DNA of 64,000 bases from Octopus sinensis (taxonomy: Eukaryota): NCBI RefSeq assembly GCF_006345805.1, contig NC_043001.1:45322001-45386000 (forward strand). The letters run 5' to 3'. The notes beneath the pieces were generated by a model. That model saw nothing but the letters and a program-made list of their open reading frames with translations. It was not told the DNA's origin and searched no databases. Each line of letters opens with the position of its first letter. The first letter of the stretch is position 1. Shown in pieces: positions 35,103-47,909 of the stretch. The position numbers and the translations under genes were made by a program.

Positions 35103-35335
35103 ATATTTCGGAATGGTCATTTTGCCAGTTTAGCCAATAAATATATATATATATGTGTGTGTATATACACACACATACAATGGGCTTCTTTTAGATTCCC
35201 ACAACCAAATCCACTCACAAGGCTTGGTCGGGCTGAGGCTAAAATAGTAGAAGACACTTGCCCAAGATGTCACAGAGAGAGACTGAACCTGGAACCATGT
35301 GGTTGAGAAGCAAGCTTCTTATCACACGCCATGCC
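34846..35335 (-). mobile_element. SINE family B (tRNA-like head, internal (TA)/(CA) microsatellite)
   Basis: The rc head has ggttccaggttcagtc (B-box-like) followed by cttgggcaagtgtcttctact. Related copies at 20865-21180 (+), 23810-24155 (-), 49430-49640 (-) and 50212-50520 (+). Confidence 0.85.
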
Positions 35336-36330
35336 TATCACTTGCCTATATTGACTAACTAATAAGGACAGGTTTATTTTCTAGAGAAAAATTCACAAAA
35401 ATAATGCATGAATAATTCCTTTTTTTGGTCTTTGAATCTTCTAGAGAATTCTGACCAGAAAAGGAATTTGTTGAAAATGAATTTTGGGAAATTTTATAGG
35501 AATAATGAGAATTAAGCAATTTTCTGATTTTTGCATAATTTCAGAGAGAGATATATATTTTTGCCTTTTACTCTTCCCGACTGGCATCCCAAATTTCTTC
35601 TTCCTCCAACATACCAATAAATTTTCAGCCTTTTTAACTTCAATAGATTTGTAATAGCTTTAATGATACTTAAATTTTGTTCTTGTTTACTTCTCTTTTA
35701 ATTCCATCTGGCAGTTATTAATTTGTCAGAGACTTTGTCTGCCAAATTTCCAGAAATAAACTGAATAATATGGAATTCATTAACATACGCAAACATAAAA
35801 ATATTTCTTTTTACTGATTCCCATAGTGCCAAAATTGTTGAAATGCAAATAGATAAATTTAACATCTCCATGTAGACTGCTAAACATTACTTTAATGTTT
35901 AATCAGAAATAGTGTTATCGGGGTAGATTTAGTTTGACTCAGAATATTGCGTAAATCATTTTAGAAAAGTAGCAACAGAAGAGAAAGACACACACACAGT
36001 CAATCACTGTCATCACTGGAAACAGAAAGATAAACCAGTGAAGGAGCTAGAATGGAGCAGCTCACACAACCTGCTTCTCTTTACTCTGGCTCTTCAAACA
36101 CTAACACAATGGTTTCTGCTTCTCAGAGCAAGCTAGTTGTAATACCACCTCTACCTAAGCCCTATCCACACACTCGTCCCTACATTTCTCACACCCATAT
36201 AGTAAATACCACCCTAATAGCTCTATGTTAATCACTATGCCCAGTCTTTCTTTCACAGAATGCAGAGCTTCTGAAAACCCCTTTCACTCATGTTTTTCTG
36301 ACAGTGTTAAACTCAAGATGTTTAATCAAC

Positions 36331-36361
<31 letters not shown>

Positions 36362-38494
36362 ACTGTCCAAATATTAGTTGTTATTGTCACAATGTTTCAG
36401 TTGTAACCTGCCATATTCAGTAACACTCACGGTATAGCATGCTGAACCTTATACTATATCCATAGAGGGAGATTGTTTTCATTCTGTTGTCCATACCAGA
36501 GATATTCTCCTGCTCTTACTTGTGATGTCACTTTCTTGCTCTTCTTGAACCAAAGCAATATTGCTTGACTGACCCAGGGTCTGCACTCATACCCATTAGC
36601 CAAACTACTACACTTAACATGTAGCACTTGTATTTACTATTGCACTGTTTTGTAGAACAATTAGGCAATAGAAATTACAAACTTTAAACTCAACATATTT
36701 TATTGTACTATGTTTAATGTTCTTTGTCAATTAAAGGTTCCCATTTCATGTTGTTCTATGCTAGACCTACTGAGAAGATTATCAAAGCCCAGTGTATGCA
36801 CTGATACTTTCAGAAAATTAATGCACCATTTCATTGCTATTTGTCAATAATATACTAATTTCGTGCTCTGTTTATCATTTTTATTTAATATGGTATTTAG
36901 TAACATCTTTTTCTGATCAGGGTTCAAATTCCTCTGAAGTCAATTTTGAATTTTATCCGTTGAGAGTAATAAATATATGTCAAGATTTGAAGTTGATTTA
37001 ATGGACTCTACCCTCTCTCAAAATGTATGGTTTTTATATCTGTATTAGAAATTATTATCATCATTTATTCACTTTCTGAATGATTCCACTCCAGAGCTCT
37101 GCAGCTCTCCTGAAATTTCTTCTCCAATCACATTTTCCCTAAAGAAGCCAAACTGCAGACATTCAAACTGAATATCAACAGTATCAATCTCACTTTTCAA
37201 GGTAAGACTGCAACAGGTCTTGAACACTGCAGTTGCTGCTCCTCCCCCTCCCCTAACTAATTCTAAAAAGGGAAGGATAGTAGAGTCAGTAGCGCACTGG
37301 ACAAAATGCCATACAGTGTATTTAGCAGGTGATGAATTGACAGAGTCCTCAAATTATCAGGCAAAATGTTTCACAGTATTCATTCTGGCTCTCTACATTC
37401 CGAGTTCAAATCCCACAGCAGTCAAATTTGCTTTTTATTTATATATTTATTTTTTATTATGGCAGTGATAAATGAAGTACCAATCCAGGATGGTAGAGTA
37501 TTAGGATTGTTAGGGTGACTGATGAAATGTATTATGGTATCTGTTCTATCTCTTTGCATTCTAAGTATAAATTCAACTTAAATGTTAATGACCAGTACTA
37601 ATCACCCAACCTACAATTAGCCAGTTTGGACAAGTAAACTTATAACCAGCTTAGATAAGCCAGCAACAGCATGCTGAGGCTTCATCAAGCAGTGAAAACA
37701 CAGCCACTGAATAGAGTGACACTTTATTCTGAGTTCAAATTCTGCCAGGGCCTAATCTGCCTTTTATCCTTCCAAAGCTGGTAAAAAAAAAATACCAGTC
37801 AAGTTCTAGTATCAATTAAATCAACTGTACCCTTCCCAAAACAATTTGTGGCTTTGTGCCAAAGTCAGAAACCATTATACTTATTGTTATTATTATAACA
37901 TGCTTCACAGAAGTTTTTGTAATTCTATTGTATTTTATCTTATTGCTATTAATTACAAGTGTTTTAAATACTTTTACTGTTCTAATCATAATAATAACAA
38001 GTATTTCTAATCTATATTTGGCATCCTTCACTTATCAAATATTTTTGTCATTCACTCTTCTCTATTCACACTAAGGAAATAGAAAGATGGATAGAGAGAG
38101 AGAGAGAGGGAGAGATAAAGAGAAGCAAGACAAATATGCAGAAATAAGTCTCCCATCTAGCTAGTGTGTATATATTTTGATTCAGTCAAAACCCAAACAG
38201 GTTTAAGTCATAAAACGAACAATCCGGAAATGAGTAAAAGTTGCTGGTCAATGACAACCCATCTATATCATCTCCCACTCATATCTTTCAGACAGACCAA
38301 ATATATTGGGATGTGTTTGCTCTGCAATTAATGCCCATCCACTCCTGTTCTTCTTACAGTTCCATGGCCACATGTGTGCACACACGTGTACATGTGAAAG
38401 GGGAGGAGAGTTGAATATAAACCTAATTTACAGAAACCTCTTTTTTCTAGAACCAAATCAATAAGAGAATAACAGGGCAACAAACACAAAATAA

Positions 38495-38665
38495 TTATGG
38501 TGATGGTGGTGGCAGTGACAAAGGAGATGATTATTAGAGCAAGGGTGATAATGGTGATAATAGTGATGATGTCAAAACCAGTGATTATGATGACGGTTGC
38601 AGTGTTAATGAGGGTGGTGGTGGTGGTGGTAGTAGTAGTAGTAGTAGAGGCAATGATGATGAAAA
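38495..38665. repeat. Degenerate (GTG/GTA/ATG)n trinucleotide repeat
   Basis: Direct reading; explains ORFs 38328..38693 and 38497..38703. Confidence 0.9.
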
Positions 38666-39239
38666 ATAACCATAAAATAATTGGTTTATACAAAATAAAA
38701 TGATATATTAATTACCAATTAATGCATTCTTATCATTATAGCAGTGCTAATCTCACAAACTTACTCTTGTTTATCTTTTTTGTTTTTAATAATATATAGC
38801 ATAATTTTCAGTAAAGTAATTGTATAATTAAGTCATTCTGATATATGACCAAAATATACACAGTGGAACTAAATGTAACACAATGATGCTTAACTATTAC
38901 AATAGAGAATCAAACTTCATAGTATATGTGTAGTTTTCACATATTTTTATATGTATATTATGCACAACAATACACACACACACACTTATATATCATATCT
39001 CAAAATTATTTTTCCTGACTTTTAACATGCATTCTGAGTGCCAGATCAACAGTGCCTCTATTGATCCAGCAGTTCTAATGAAATCTGGCATGATGCACAC
39101 TCATACATTCCTTTCTACTCTTACTCACAACTATATATATAACAATAATATAACAATATAATTCCAGCTAGTATGAAAGGTAAACATTAATGTTATGAAG
39201 TTTATTTTGTTATTTTCATCTAGAAGGGAATAATTAATG

Positions 39240-39510
39240 TGTGGCTGCATGTGTATATGTGTGTGTGTGTGTGTGCATATGTGGAAATGAGTTTGCAGTG
39301 TATATGTGTGCATTTTCATGTGTATATGTGAACATTTGCATATGTGTATATATGTGTTTGCATGTGTATATGTATGACTTTGCATATGTATATGTGTGTT
39401 TGTATGTGTATATGCATCTGCATATATGTGTGTGTGTGTGCGTGCGTGCATGTGTGTGTGTGTTTGCATGTGTATGTATGTGTGTTTACATATATATACA
39501 TGTGTGTTTA
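39240..39510. repeat. Degenerate (TG/TA/CA)n microsatellite
   Basis: Direct reading; explains four ORFs at 39131-39561. Confidence 0.95.
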
Positions 39511-40331
39511 CCTGTGGTGGGGGAAGATCATAAATCAGTGAAACAGAATAGAATTTTATAACAATAATAATAATTTAAAAGTATGAAACTTTCCACAAAT
39601 ACTAAATTTTCATAAGGACCTGAAATAAAAACAAACATGAAATTTTATAAAAATGAATGAGAGTGCAGATAACTATGTATATGCGTATGTGTCTAGTACT
39701 TTTCAATTTTATGTTGATTTTTGTTTTTAGAATCAAAGAAAACCATGCAAGCTGAAGCTGTCAATGAAAACTGCTAAAGTTTTAAGATTATCTCATATAA
39801 AATTACCTTATTAACTACCTAAGAGACTTAACCATGCATTGGCTAGATTTAAATGAGAAAGACAGATGTATAGAAAGTGAGAGAAGATACAAAGAAAGAG
39901 AAAAGTGTAGAGAGAGAGAGAGGATAATGAGAAAAAAAACAGTGAAATACAGAAAAAGATGATTAAACTAGAAAAAATATAATACTCATCAAACTTTAGC
40001 ATAAATAAATCATGCAGAATGTTACAATATGTGCACGTGTGTGTGTGCGTGTGTGTGTGTGTGCACGTGTGAGCATGTTTGTAAATATAAGACATGCGGA
40101 AAAAGAAACTCTCTCACACACACACACACACAAACATATTTATACAGAGTAAAGAATAGTCATTGGTATAGCATACCCATGCACAGAAGTAGTTTCTGCA
40201 AAGAACATTCTAACACTATACTATATCTCAGGCAAATGATACAGCAAAGTTCTAGAGGGATTTTTGAGAGAAAATTGATGTGTGCAAGCATTAGTGAATA
40301 AATTCCATGAACATAGTGTATGTACAGCTAC

Positions 40332-40916
40332 CTGGTAAAGCTGGACTACTGGGCACATAAGTTGCTGCTGTGACTGGCGATTGCTGTTTATATAACACAT
40401 TGATTGGAACACCTTTTCCTTTTGATGCTGACTTGCTATTGCTCTCACTGGTGTGTTGCAGAACAGGATTCTGTGCAGTTTGCGAAGATGGCGAAGTGGT
40501 GACAGTAGGTGGATCTGAAGTCAGAGCTAGGCTAGGTGATTGTCGTATTGATGACTTCAAAGGTTTTATAGTTGGAAGGGTAAAAGCTAAATCAGAATAG
40601 TCAAGATGGTTGCCAAACTGGTAATCTGTTTGTCTATCATCAGTTTGTGACTCCGATTTTGGTAGTTTACTTAAAGTCGAAGATGTGTACACTGAAGAAG
40701 TAAATGTTACAGGTGGTTTCTGGCTGGTGTAAGACAAGGAACCAACACCCTTGCCTTTGCTTTCAGTTTTCTGTCTGGTGAACATCATGGAAGAGGGCTG
40801 AGATTCGTTTAATTTGTCATCACTTAAACTGGATTCTAGTACAACTGATTCGTAAGAAGGAGGTTTAGGAAAATAAGGTTGTCCAGAAAAATCAACTGGT
40901 TTACCAATATCTGCAT
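40332..40916 (-). CDS. SORBS: SORBS/CAP-like large exon, 585 nt, phase 1-1, S/T/P-rich: (D)ADIGKPVDFSGQPYFPKPPSYESVVLESS...TYVPSSPALP
   Basis: Acceptor tttttgattag|AT, donor CCAG|gtagct; 195 codons without a stop; ORF 40291..40788 is the same frame. Confidence 0.92.
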
Positions 40917-42134
40917 CTAATCAAAAATTAGAAATTAAATTTTACCTGAATTTCACCTGAAGAATAAAATTGGATTTCAAATTCTTTACACAGTGTATAT
41001 AATTCGGGAAATGTTAGAAAATTGTTTTAAAAAAAAATCAAGTTACATATTTCCAAATAGTTGTCCTATTTTTATTTTAAGTTTATATATTTTGTAAATT
41101 TCTCTTTTCATGCATTGGTTAATTATTTTAGAATAAATTCTTCTAAAATATATATTTTGAGTCATTTTAAAAATAATAATTTCAAAAGTTTACTTCATTT
41201 TTTTTCTTCTTTTTTTTTCTTTTTGATAAGATTCAATAAATCCATTTTAGTAATGGCCAGCATATTATTATTCAACAATAAAGTTAAAGTTAAAACCCAA
41301 CACCATCACAAATAGCCACAGAAGCATGCACCCGTTTAACACTCCAATGTTCATAACTAGTTCACACACTGGTAAAATATGAAGAAATATATAAATAAAT
41401 TGTTATTATTATTTTTTTTGTATGAAACAGCAAGCACAAAAAAATGATATCTAAATTTAGATCTGATATTTGGATTAATAAAGATTAGTCAAATGAAAAT
41501 AAATCATTATAGAGTAGTGTATTTGGATGTAGAGTATGTTTAGGTACACATTTTATCATGTATCAAGAGAAACATGCTTCCTTGTTCTCCTCTTTGGATC
41601 AATATAATTTTAAGATGTGTATTTGTTCCTTATTACTAATTATTGTATGATTGAATATATGCACATTCTCTCTCTCTCTCTCTCTCTCTCTGTGGGTTTT
41701 TTTAGGAAACATCTAAAACTGACTAAATGCAATTTTTCATATCTCTTTATGTTTAGTTTAATTATGTATTCTCTCTCTCTTTCACACTCACTCATTCACG
41801 TGCATGTACATACTCACATGCATCAACTTTTGACTTGGTCAAAAGCATTTCATTGGCTGAAGCTGCTTTTTGTCTTTGTATTAGAACTATAAAGAAAATA
41901 ATTACATGTTTGCCCCTAAGTAACAAGAGATAAGAGATTTTAAGCAAATCTTCTGATAATCCCACAACTAAATAGTCATTTCTGCTGGCAACTCTGCTAG
42001 AAGTTCACAAATACACAAGATATCTAACATTTGAAGCTTATTCCACAATAATTTATACTTCTATTTATTAGGTTTGGAGACAAATAGAAGAGATATATAT
42101 TTTTTTTATTTTCATTAATCAGGAATAGGGCAGC

Positions 42135-42566
42135 AAACAGGCAGAATCATTAACACAGCCATCAAAATGCTTAGCATTTCTTTTGACACCTTACATTCTG
42201 AGTTCAAATCTAGCTGAGGGTGACTTTGCCTTTCATCTTTCTGGAGTCAATAAACTAAAGTACCACTTGAGCACTGGGGTCGATCAAATTGACTTACTCA
42301 TCTCCTCAAAATTGCTGGCCTTGTACTTATAGTAGAAAGGATTATTTCATAAGGTGGCAAGCTAGCAGAATCATTAGCACACTGGACAAAATGCTTATTG
42401 GCATGTCTCCTGGTTTCACATTCTGAGTTCAAAAGCTGTAGAGGCCAACTTTGCCTTTCATCCTTTGGAGATCAATAAAATCAAGTAGCAGCCAAATTCT
42501 CGGACTGATGTAATTGACTAACCTGCACCCCAATTGCTAGCCTTGTGCCAAAATTTCAAACAGTTA
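42135..42566 (+). mobile_element. Two head-to-tail SINE family A copies
   Basis: ttctgagttcaaa...gcctttcatc core at about 42197 and 42421. Confidence 0.85.
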
Positions 42567-42797
42567 TTAACCCTTTTGATACTAACCTGCCTGAGACTAC
42601 TCCAGGTTCTATGGTATAAACTTACTAATCTAAAGTGGGTCTAAATTATAATATTCCATTAAAATTTTATACTAAAATTTATTCCAGAGGCTAGTTTAAT
42701 AATGAGAAAGTTATTTTACTAAATTCTTCATTATTTTAAAAATTAATTGAAACAAAGACAGCATATGTTGACAGAAATATGGTAACAAAATGATTAA
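42567..42797. mobile_element. TTAA MITE family 2, diverged
   Basis: ttaacccttttgatac ... ggtaacaaaatgattaa; shares aagttattttactaaattctt with 8592-8819. Confidence 0.7.
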
Positions 42798-43057
42798 TCA
42801 GTCAGCTGTTATAAAAGTGACTCAGAAGTTGACCGTTTTGTGAAGGGCTATCAAATTCTCATTTCATGAATCACTTATTTGCCAATTAAAAATATACTTC
42901 TATTAAAAAAATACTTCTATTAATCAAAATCAATCAATAAAACTATCTAGCTCAATATCTACTCAACTGTCTACCCTTTTATCAACCTTTGTAACTATTA
43001 CCACCTGTTTACAGATCTACGGATATTGTCTACAATGTGATGATGTTAAAAATTTTA

Positions 43058-43930
43058 AGTTGGCAGAAGTGATAGAACACGAACTAGAATACCTTGAGGC
43101 ATTTTTTCCAGCTCTTTGGGCTCTGATTTCAAATCCTGCTGAGGCAAATTTTGCCTTTCATCCTCCAGAGCTTGGTAAAATAAAGTCCTAGTCAAGATCT
43201 GAAAGGGGTTATTTGATATGAGCAACTAAACATTTCCTCCAAATTTCTTGCCTTGTGCTTATGTTAATAATTGTTGTTATTAAGGCAGTGAACTAAGAGA
43301 ACCAATAGCATGCCAGGAAAAATGCTTAGCAGCTTTTTGTCCATCTTTATGCTTTTAATTCAAATTCTACCATGGTGAAATTTACTTTTAATCTTTTGAG
43401 GTTGATGAAATAAGTATCAGTTGAGTACTGGGGTTGATGTAATCGACTAGCCTCCTCCCTCAAAATTTCAGGCTTTGTGCCTGTAGTGGAAAGGATTATT
43501 AATATTATTATTATTATATATCAAGGTGATGAGCTGGAAGAATCAATAGTGTGTCAGATTAAAATGCTTAGTGGATTTCTTCCAGTTCTTTATGTTCCTA
43601 GTTAAATCCCACCAAAGTCGACTTTGCCTTTCATCCTTTTGGGACAATAAAATATATACCAGTTGAGCACTGGAGTTAATGTAATTGACTGTCCCATCCC
43701 ATCAAAATTGCTGGCCTAATATTAAAATTATAAAAAGTGACAACTACTACTACTGTTCATATGAGTGGCAAAGGTAAAGAAGCATCAAATTAGATACTTT
43801 ACAGTATTTAGCTATCTCCCACCTCATTCTAAATTCAAATCCTGCAAAGGTTAATAACTCTGCCCTTTGATCTCTTTGGAATCAATAAAATAAGTAAGGT
43901 CCAGTCAAGTACTGAAGATCAAATCAATAA
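43058..43930 (+). mobile_element. Array of four head-to-tail SINE family A copies (~235-bp spacing)
   Basis: Heads near 43058, 43282, 43522 and 43762, each with the ttcaaat box and gcctt/tcatc...agtaccag core, separated by (tta)n or (cta)n tails. Confidence 0.85.
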
Positions 43931-46052
43931 GCCATATATTTTTTTTTTAAATGTATGTTTTCATTTCAAAATTAGAAGTCATTATTATTTTCTTTTTAAT
44001 ACCAGAATACAAAGAAGAAATTTCAACCAAGATATAAAAAATCTCCAGTAGCCATAATGTGAATGTTTTTTCAAGTCAATTTCTTTATCTGTTTCATGGC
44101 ATGCAGCACATTGCTCCATCCATAGCTGACAGTCCCTTGTAATGTACAACATGAGAAGAAGCTGCTAACCTCAATCATTCTTGGGAGTACTATGAGAGGA
44201 CCCCATAACCCTCTCACAGTGTAGCATGGTCACATAAGAGAGAGAGAGAGCGAGAAAGAACTGACCCAGTACTTGACTGGTACTTTATCAACTCCTAAGG
44301 AATGAAAAGTAAAGTTTATTTTGGCAGGATATTTATTCAGAATGTAATGAGCCAAAATATTTACCACAAAATGTGTGTCAAATGGTATAACCTTCTGCCA
44401 ATTGACTGCTTTCTTATGACTGTTATATTATTTAAAATGGTTCTTTGACCTCACTCAGAATGTTAAAAGTAATAATGCAATATAACCAGTACTTAAGACT
44501 AGTAATTGGTGGTGCATGTATTAAGTAACTCTTTGTAGTTTCTGCTGATTTAACTATTGCAGGCTGAATTTTGTATTAAGTAGCTTTATGAGTGTCAATT
44601 TACATAACCAACACACATTATGCCTAAGTTATTATGCAATCAAGAAAGAAAACCAAGAAGGGTAATATTAACGATTCCGTATATAGAAGTATATAAATAC
44701 AGTATACATAAATATTTAGGATTCCATTTAAATTTTTGGGACAGCAATATAGTTTTGAAATAGATTTGTCATAAGATCAAAATATCTCAATAGAATTATT
44801 TTATTACTAAAATAACATTGTTCAAAAACTACATTTTCAAATACTGAATGTAAACATAAATAAAATAGAAACGACGAGACAGTTTTAAAATTCTTTATGC
44901 TTATACTCTTAGAATGCAACATCCATATTTACATTGAATACATAATTTTTTTTTTAATGAAATACAATAATTTTTCTGCGATTTAGTCGAGAAGAAAGAA
45001 TAATATTCACACCCTTCACAGGAACTCTAAATGTAGAAGAGGAAAAGGAAGGAATAAAACAAGGCATGTGATGCTTCAGTGAGAAGCAAAGCATCAAGAT
45101 ATTAAGTTTTCTTCAGACCAGAGACCTTGCCTGAATGTTTGCAATGAATGGACCAACTAACTATCAGCTGGTGGTGTTAAACTGAGTGACAGATTTGGTG
45201 ACTCAACTTATTTGAGAAACCTGAATGAAGGAAGTCAGCAAATGGATAATTAGGCTTAAATTCCTTCGCTCAACATGTAAAAACTGCTTGTAGTACAGAA
45301 TTCTTTATAAAGTTATGTTGCTATTTTTGTGGTAGTAAGGTAATGTCCAAAGGCCTCACTCGTTAGAGAAAGAGTAAAGTGTTTAACTATGTAAAAACTG
45401 CTGTTAAGGAGACTAGAAGGTCACTGATACAAAATTATTTTTAACCTGCTCAAAGAAATAACAAAATTACTTGAAGAAAATCTATGTGCAAAAAATGAGA
45501 AGCCCAACGTTTTCATCCTTAAATTTCTGAAGAATATACTAAAAAGCAAACAAATGTCATTGTTCTGAAAGTTCATAAAATGCTACCAAACAAAAAGCTA
45601 ACTAAATTAATGCAGCATATATTTCACAAGTATTTGATCATTTGCATCAATGTCATAAATTCACTCAAATGAAATTAACTACGGAGTGTCATACCCATTC
45701 AATAAAAAGATATTGATAATACCAAATTGGGAGCAATTAAGTATTATTTTGAAACCCAACTCTTATTATAATAATTTTTTGCATACACCCAATACCACAA
45801 ATTCATATAGGAAAGGGAATGTGATTGTGTGACAACTGAAACAGTTGAAGGTGGTGCCCTAACATTGTTGCATACTTCCCAAAGATTAAAACCAGTAAAA
45901 GAATAAAATAATATGCTAGCAACAGTAGATTTACTGAATCCTGGTTTAAACTATTGGATACAAGTATGAATCTTATTGTATCATAGTGCTCCCAGCAGGA
46001 AGAGTAATATCTAAAAGCCTGTTAGATTCTCTTTGAGATGCATGTTGAGAAT

Positions 46053-46307
46053 AAAATAATAAATAAATGCGCCCTTTTAAAGCCTAGCTAGGCTCATGGG
46101 CCCGGTTTCTCAGTTTCCATGGCGTATGTGTTCCGAAGCTGAATGGGACGCCAGTCCATTGCAGCGTTACTCATTTTTGCCAGTTGAGTGGACTGGAGCA
46201 ACGTGAAATGAAGTATTTTGCTCAAGAACACAACGCGTCACCTGGTCCAGGATTCGAAACCACAATCTTACGATCATGATGCTGACACCCTAACCACTAA
46301 GCCTCCA
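46053..46307 (-). mobile_element. Young tRNA-derived SINE (family D) with 12-bp TSD
   Basis: The rc has A box ggcttagtgg and B box ggtttcgaatcc, then gtgttcttgagcaaaatactt (V-domain-like); CpGs retained; TSD catgttgagaat at 46041-46052 and 46308-46319. Confidence 0.9.
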
Positions 46308-47734
46308 CATGTTGAGAATGGAATCAGCATTAAATAGTATGGGGAGAATATTTTAAGATTTTTAACTATAAGCTATCATTTAGAAGAATTATAGTTTTCT
46401 TAAGAGCGATATTGAAATTATGAGATTGTGATTATATAATACAGTAATATGTGACTCTGAAACTGCAATAAGAGAATATATAATATTGTAATTAAGAGAA
46501 TGTATGAGATTGTGAAAACCCTTCAAAGAGAAAAAAAATACATGTAAAACAGCTTAGGAAATGTGCTGGTACTGTAGAGCAAGAAATAGGATCTGGCAAG
46601 CTGAGGCAAAATCTACTTTGGATTCTTGATTTTAAGTCTTTCACTTCACTTAATCTACCAATGTACATGAGAAGATCACTAATGTCACACAATCACATTC
46701 CCTTTCCTATATGAATTTCTGGTATTGGGTCTATGCAAAAAATTATAATAATAAGAGTTGGGTTTCAAAATAATACTTAATTAGGTAGAAATTAGTAGAA
46801 TTCAAGGAATTTTAAAACATTTAATTTTGCTGATATAGAAGTACAATTATTTGTTTCCTTCAGTGTGATTTTTCTGCCAGTGGAAATGTATTTAAATCTT
46901 ATACTAACTCTGGAAAGAAAAAATAACCTACACCTTCTCTTTTCTATTTTCCCCCAAGATTAATGTCTGCTAAGCATGCTATTTATTACAGGTCTTATGA
47001 CTAGTCTCTAACGTGCACATTAATTCACCAATGGTTGTATATAATGTATGAATATGAATATGTTTAAGGGGAGTGGCTACAGCCATTTGTAGAATGTTGA
47101 AAAAAATCTTCAAATGAGAACTTAGAAACTGTGTCACAATCAATCTGATCTGCAAAAATGTAAAAACAAAATACAAAAACAATGACCCTAATAATATAAA
47201 TCTTTCACTTTAACCAACTTTTATCACCTAAGAAAAATAAATATTCATCATTCCTTTAGCTCTTTCCTAAGTCTTCTTCAAACTAACTTCAAACATTGAA
47301 TAATCATATCTATTTATACTTAAGTTTGTCTCAATTGGTTTTATAAAAAAATATTGTTTTAATTTTAGGCAACTTTCAAATCTAAAACTTTTTTTAAATC
47401 TTAAATTGATACTATACAGAATACCTAAATATACTATTACTGAGTCTTTTTCTTAGACACATAAACTATGTTGCAAAATCTCCCACTCACATGAAATTCA
47501 ATCCCTCAGTGATTCCCTCCTTATCTATGATGTAACCATCCAACTACTAACCTATAAGAATCCCAAATGAACATTAAACAACACTAAAGAAACCTAATTA
47601 TCACTGCTCCTTCAACAAGGAAAGCTTAAAATTGGCTTTGACCATCATTCCTCTTCCATCTCAAACAAAAGGAAACATAATTGACATATAAACATATATA
47701 TATACATATATATATACCTATATATATATATACC

Positions 47735-47850
47735 GGAGTAAGCACATAAATGTGAAACAAGGTGGAAAAAAGAGTACTCAAATACCATAGGTAGAGTAAT
47801 ATGCTTTATTTAAAAGTAGTAGACATATAACAAAAGCTGTTATTCAGAGT
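47735..47850. repeat. Short interspersed repeat end, possibly Penelope-like
   Basis: ggagtaagcacataaatgtgaaacaaggtggaaaaaagagtactc next to a (TA)n tract; recalled as an abundant octopus repeat terminus, not verifiable here. Confidence 0.35.
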
Positions 47851-47909
47851 TAAATAAAAAATGTTTACTTATCTCTCCAAAAGGTGTTTAACTAACTTAT
47901 CTCTCTAAA

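Noticed and set aside
38328-38703. Poly-Thr / poly-Val ORFs resembling membrane or mucin proteins
   Set aside because: Trinucleotide repeat tract.
39131-39561. Four overlapping His/Thr- or Cys/Val-rich ORFs
   Set aside because: Microsatellite translation with no splice or codon signal.
46235-46307. tRNA-like sequence with A and B boxes
   Set aside because: It is the head of a SINE bounded by a TSD; I could not fold a complete cloverleaf with an acceptor stem.
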